Assembly: GCA_963777285.1 (NCBI GenBank)
Contig: CAVZPR010000002.1
Span: 338,733-402,732, forward strand
Source of the DNA: Candidatus Dormiibacterota bacterium
GTDB taxonomy: Bacteria > Chloroflexota > Dormibacteria > Aeolococcales > Aeolococcaceae
Direction: 5' to 3'
DNA: 64,000 nt
Shown: in pieces, positions 61,182 to 64,000 of the stretch
How positions within the stretch are numbered: the stretch's first letter is position 1
Layout: each line of letters begins with the position of its first letter
Made by a program: the position numbers and the translations under genes
The notes under the pieces: generated by a model
What the model was told of the DNA's origin: nothing
What the model saw: only the letters and a program-made list of their open reading frames with translations
Database searches by the model: none

Positions 61182-61412
61182 ACCGCGCGCCATCGTTCGC
61201 ACCTCACTCGACGACTTCTCATCTGCCGCGACGAGGGACGCGAGCTCCTGAGCCTGCTTGAGCAGGTCAGCAATGACGTCCGGGTCCTGATCAGCCCATC
61301 CACCGGAGGCCAGGAACCGCATGGCCGCGCCCGCCTTCGCTTTTCGGTCCGGCATCCCCGCGAGCCTAGCACCCTCTGGAGCCCGCCGCCGAGATGGTTG
61401 CAGACGCATCAC
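61146..61412 (-). CDS. hypothetical small protein
   Basis: 88-aa ORF, GC3 back to high. Confidence 0.3.
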   Translation of the reverse strand: MMRLQPSRRRAPEGARLAGMPDRKAKAGAAMRFLASGGWADQDPDVIADLLKQAQELASLVAADEKSSSEVRTMARGLLDRLEADTLG

Positions 61413-61444
61413 GTGATACCTGGGTCCAGCCCTTCAGGTCCAAT

Positions 61445-61837
61445 TCAACGTTGATACGAGCCAGGAATCCATGCGCGCGTAGCCACGCCCACCATGTTCC
61501 AAGCGTTGATCATGACGAGCAGAGAGACCAGCGCCGCGACTTCATCGGGACTGAACGCCGCAGCGACATCATCGTAAGCCGCGTCGGGCACATGCGTCTG
61601 CGCCACCCGGGTCAGACACTCGGTGAATGCGAGAGCCGCACGCTCGCGCCCTGTGAAGAACGGCGTCTCGCGCCATACGGGCAAAGCATATATGCGCTGC
61701 TCCGTCTCACCAATCGCCCGCGCGTCCTTGGTGTGCATGTCGACACAGTAGGCGCACCCGTTCAGTTGGGAGGCGCGGATGCGCACCAGCTCGCGCAGCT
61801 TGGGATCGAAACCGACGTCGTCGAGCTGCCGCGCCAT
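61445..61837 (-). CDS. carboxymuconolactone decarboxylase-family protein (AhpD-like)
   Basis: CxxC/His motif NGCAYCVDMHTK. Confidence 0.75.
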   Translation of the reverse strand: MARQLDDVGFDPKLRELVRIRASQLNGCAYCVDMHTKDARAIGETEQRIYALPVWRETPFFTGRERAALAFTECLTRVAQTHVPDAAYDDVAAAFSPDEVAALVSLLVMINAWNMVGVATRAWIPGSYQR

Positions 61838-61981
61838 GGCGTGGTCGAGGTGCGCCAGAGCCGGAGAAGGCGGCGGCGTGGCTGTCGAAATCGAGGCGGA
61901 CAGGGATCTCGGCGATCGCCGACGGGTCTTTCATGGTCACAAGGTTACGAGCGTCGCCTTGCCCCGGCTCAGCGGTCTGTC

Positions 61982-62680
61982 TCAGCCGCTGAAGCGGTAG
62001 CCGATGCCCGGCACGGAATGGATGTACGTCGGCTTTTCCGCATCCGGCTCGATCTTCCGCCGCAGCCTGTACACGTGCGCATCCACCGTGCGCGTTTCGA
62101 TCTCCACCTCGTAGCCCCACACGCGACGCAGCAGCTCACCGCGGCTCATCACCTGCCCGGGGCGTGACGCCAGCAGCGCCAGCAGGTTGAACTCGGTGAG
62201 CGTGAGCAGCACCTCCTCGCCGTCGCGAAACACCTGGCGCCGGCCGAGGTCTATCGTGAGTCCAGGAAACTCGAATCGGTCCCGCGGCTGCTCCTGCGAC
62301 GAGATCTCGCTGCGGCGCAGGTGCGCGCCGACACGCGCCATCAGCTCGCGAACCTCGAAGGGCTTGGTCACGTAGTCATCCGCGCCCAGCTCCAACCCGA
62401 CCACGACGTCGATGGTGTCGGACTTTGCGGTGAGCATGATGATGGGCACGCGCGCGCCCTCGGCGCGCAGACGGCGGCACACGTCGAGGCCGCTCATGCC
62501 GGGAAGGTTGACGTCGAGAATGATGAGATCGGGACTCTGCTCGCGCGCCAGGGTGAGTCCGTCGACGCCGGTCGCGGCTTCCAGCAGCGTGTGGTTCTGC
62601 GCGCTGCACGCCAGACGCACCACCTCGCGGCTGGGGGCGTCGTCTTCGACGATGAGTATGGTCTTGCCGGCGCCACTCAT
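61982..62680 (-). CDS. OmpR-family response regulator
   Basis: REC (LIILDVNLPGMSG; TAKSDTIDVV) + winged helix (GIGYRFSG). Confidence 0.85.
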   Translation of the reverse strand: MSGAGKTILIVEDDAPSREVVRLACSAQNHTLLEAATGVDGLTLAREQSPDLIILDVNLPGMSGLDVCRRLRAEGARVPIIMLTAKSDTIDVVVGLELGADDYVTKPFEVRELMARVGAHLRRSEISSQEQPRDRFEFPGLTIDLGRRQVFRDGEEVLLTLTEFNLLALLASRPGQVMSRGELLRRVWGYEVEIETRTVDAHVYRLRRKIEPDAEKPTYIHSVPGIGYRFSG

Positions 62681-64000
62681 TGCGAGGACACGTCCAGGTA
62701 GCGTGATATGCGTTGCACGAAGTTGGCCACCTCGATTGGCTTGCTGATGTACCCGGAGCAGCCGGCCGCGAGAGCCTCCTGCTCGTTGCCCTTCATGGCG
62801 TTGGCGGTGAGCGCGACGATGGGCACCGACGCGGTCTTGGGATCGGAGCGGAGCATGCGCGTCACCGTCAGCCCGTCCTTCCCCGGCAGCTCGATGTCCA
62901 TGAGCACGAGATCGTAGACCCGCGACAGCGCCTTGTGGAGGCCCTCGTCGCCGTCCACCGCGACGTCCACCTCGAACCCCTTGCCGGCGAGCACCATCTT
63001 GGCCAGCTCGCGGTTGCTGGCGTTGTCCTCCACCAGCAGGATGCGGTTGTGCCGGCCGCCGTTGCTCAGGTCGAGACCGCCGAGCGGCAGCCGGAACGTG
63101 AACTCCGAGCCTGTCCCCGGCTCGCTGCGGAGTCCGATGGTGCCGCCGTGGAGCTCGACCAGGCGCCGCGTCAGCGAGAGACCGAGGCCGGTGCCCTCCA
63201 CCTGGCGCGTCGTCGCCGTGTCCAGCTGGTAGAACTCATCGAAGATGCGCGAGTGGTGCTCACGGGGAATGCCCACGCCGGTGTCCCCCACCACCACGGC
63301 GAGCTCGTCACCCTCGACGCGCGCCGACACCCACACGCGTCCGCCCTGTGCGGTGAACTTGATCGCGTTGCTGAGCAGGTTGTAGAGCACCTGCTTGAAC
63401 TTGCTCTTGTCGGCGCGCACCTCGAGCTCTTCGGGCACGACGTCGATGCTCAGGTCGATGTCGCGGCGTTCGCTGAGCGAGCGGATCACGTTGTGCACCT
63501 CGCGCACCGCGGAGAGCACGCCAAAGCGATCGTAGGCCAGTTCCATGCGCCCCGCCTCGATCTTGCTCAGGTCGAGCACGTCGTTGACCAGCTCCAGCAG
63601 GTGCTTGCCCGACGTGTGGATGTTCTCCAGGCATTCCTGCCGCTGCGCCGGCGTCAGCTCCACGAGGTTGTCTTTGAGGATCTCGCTGAAGCCGAGGATC
63701 GCGTTGAGCGGGGTGCGCAGCTCGTGGCTCATGTTGGCCAGGAACTCGCTCTTCAATCGCGAGATCTCGCCGATCTGCGCATTGGCCACTTCCAGCTCGC
63801 GCTTCTGCACCGCGATTTCCGCAAGCTGTCGCTTCTGCGCTGCGTAGAGGCGCGCGTTGTCGATGCTGATGGCAGCCTGGCTGGCGATGATCTGCATCAG
63901 AGCCTGTTCGATATTGGTGAAGGGCTGCACCTCGCGCCGCGCCAGCGTCATCGCGCCGACAAGACGCTGCGGCAACTCCAGCGGCATCACCAGGCTGGAT
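62677..64000 (-). CDS. hybrid sensor histidine kinase (partial; GAF-like/HisKA/HATPase_c/REC), N-terminus beyond window end
   Basis: H-box SHELRTPLNAILGFSEIL, G-boxes (GDTGVGIP, GTGLGLS), C-terminal REC ILLVEDNASNRELA...DIELPGKDG...TANAMKG. Confidence 0.8.
   Translation of the reverse strand, partial: SSLVMPLELPQRLVGAMTLARREVQPFTNIEQALMQIIASQAAISIDNARLYAAQKRQLAEIAVQKRELEVANAQIGEISRLKSEFLANMSHELRTPLNAILGFSEILKDNLVELTPAQRQECLENIHTSGKHLLELVNDVLDLSKIEAGRMELAYDRFGVLSAVREVHNVIRSLSERRDIDLSIDVVPEELEVRADKSKFKQVLYNLLSNAIKFTAQGGRVWVSARVEGDELAVVVGDTGVGIPREHHSRIFDEFYQLDTATTRQVEGTGLGLSLTRRLVELHGGTIGLRSEPGTGSEFTFRLPLGGLDLSNGGRHNRILLVEDNASNRELAKMVLAGKGFEVDVAVDGDEGLHKALSRVYDLVLMDIELPGKDGLTVTRMLRSDPKTASVPIVALTANAMKGNEQEALAAGCSGYISKPIEVANFVQRISRYLDVSSQ

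Overview
This is a high-GC (~70%) bacterial chromosomal segment whose gene content and order look actinobacterial; no organism is asserted. Arginine-rich 'ORFs' running antisense to real genes are treated as GC artefacts throughout.

In order along the window:
- 0.2-5.3 kb: an envelope module of a YVTN beta-propeller membrane protein, an HtrA-like PDZ protease and an MFS transporter. A small membrane-protein gene follows, with a near-consensus promoter and a clean terminator.
- 5.4-8.3 kb: a fused polytopic-membrane/spermidine-synthase gene and an ACT-domain protein.
- 8.3-12.9 kb (minus strand): a phoU-pstBACS phosphate-uptake cluster.
- 13.1-16.0 kb (minus): a thiO-thiS-thiG-thiE thiamine operon preceded by a clear TPP riboswitch that swallows the thiO start codon. 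thiO itself carries an apparent +1 frameshift.
- 16.0-18.7 kb: a second phoU paralog translationally coupled to an OmpR-family regulator, divergent from a SenX3-like kinase with a leaderless-looking start.
- 18.7-23.2 kb: MarR, a CYTH protein, serS, lysS and greA.
- 23.5-25.5 kb: a secreted Cys-containing tandem-repeat protein (7 repeats) with an LPXTG-like tail, plus a lipoprotein.
- 25.5-31.6 kb: dus-coaX head-to-head with a ROK kinase, then DegV, a cNMP-binding protein, a TetR regulator and small zinc-ribbon and secreted proteins.
- 31.7-41.5 kb (minus): a metallophosphoesterase/CrtI-like oxidoreductase fusion gene, then an argC-J-B-D-R-G-H operon that lacks argF.
- 41.5-51.2 kb: a GH15 hydrolase without a canonical start codon, a TPR/acidic-tail protein divergent from an orphan ParA plus a small partner ORF, then fadD, a DUF503 protein, a Ski2-like helicase and htpX.
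- 51.2-61.4 kb: a roughly 10-kb island of visibly lower GC, which is the most interesting part of the window. It holds nine directly oriented copies of a ~25-40 bp repeat (core GGGGTGATTAGCGGATGCTCGC), duplicated paralogous gene modules in which one copy of each pair is frameshifted, a Doc toxin with a candidate antitoxin, a TraR/DksA zinc-finger protein, a Sel1-repeat protein and several lipoproteins. No integrase, tRNA or CRISPR array is visible.
- 61.4-64.0 kb: an AhpD-like protein, an OmpR-family regulator and a hybrid histidine kinase that runs off the window.
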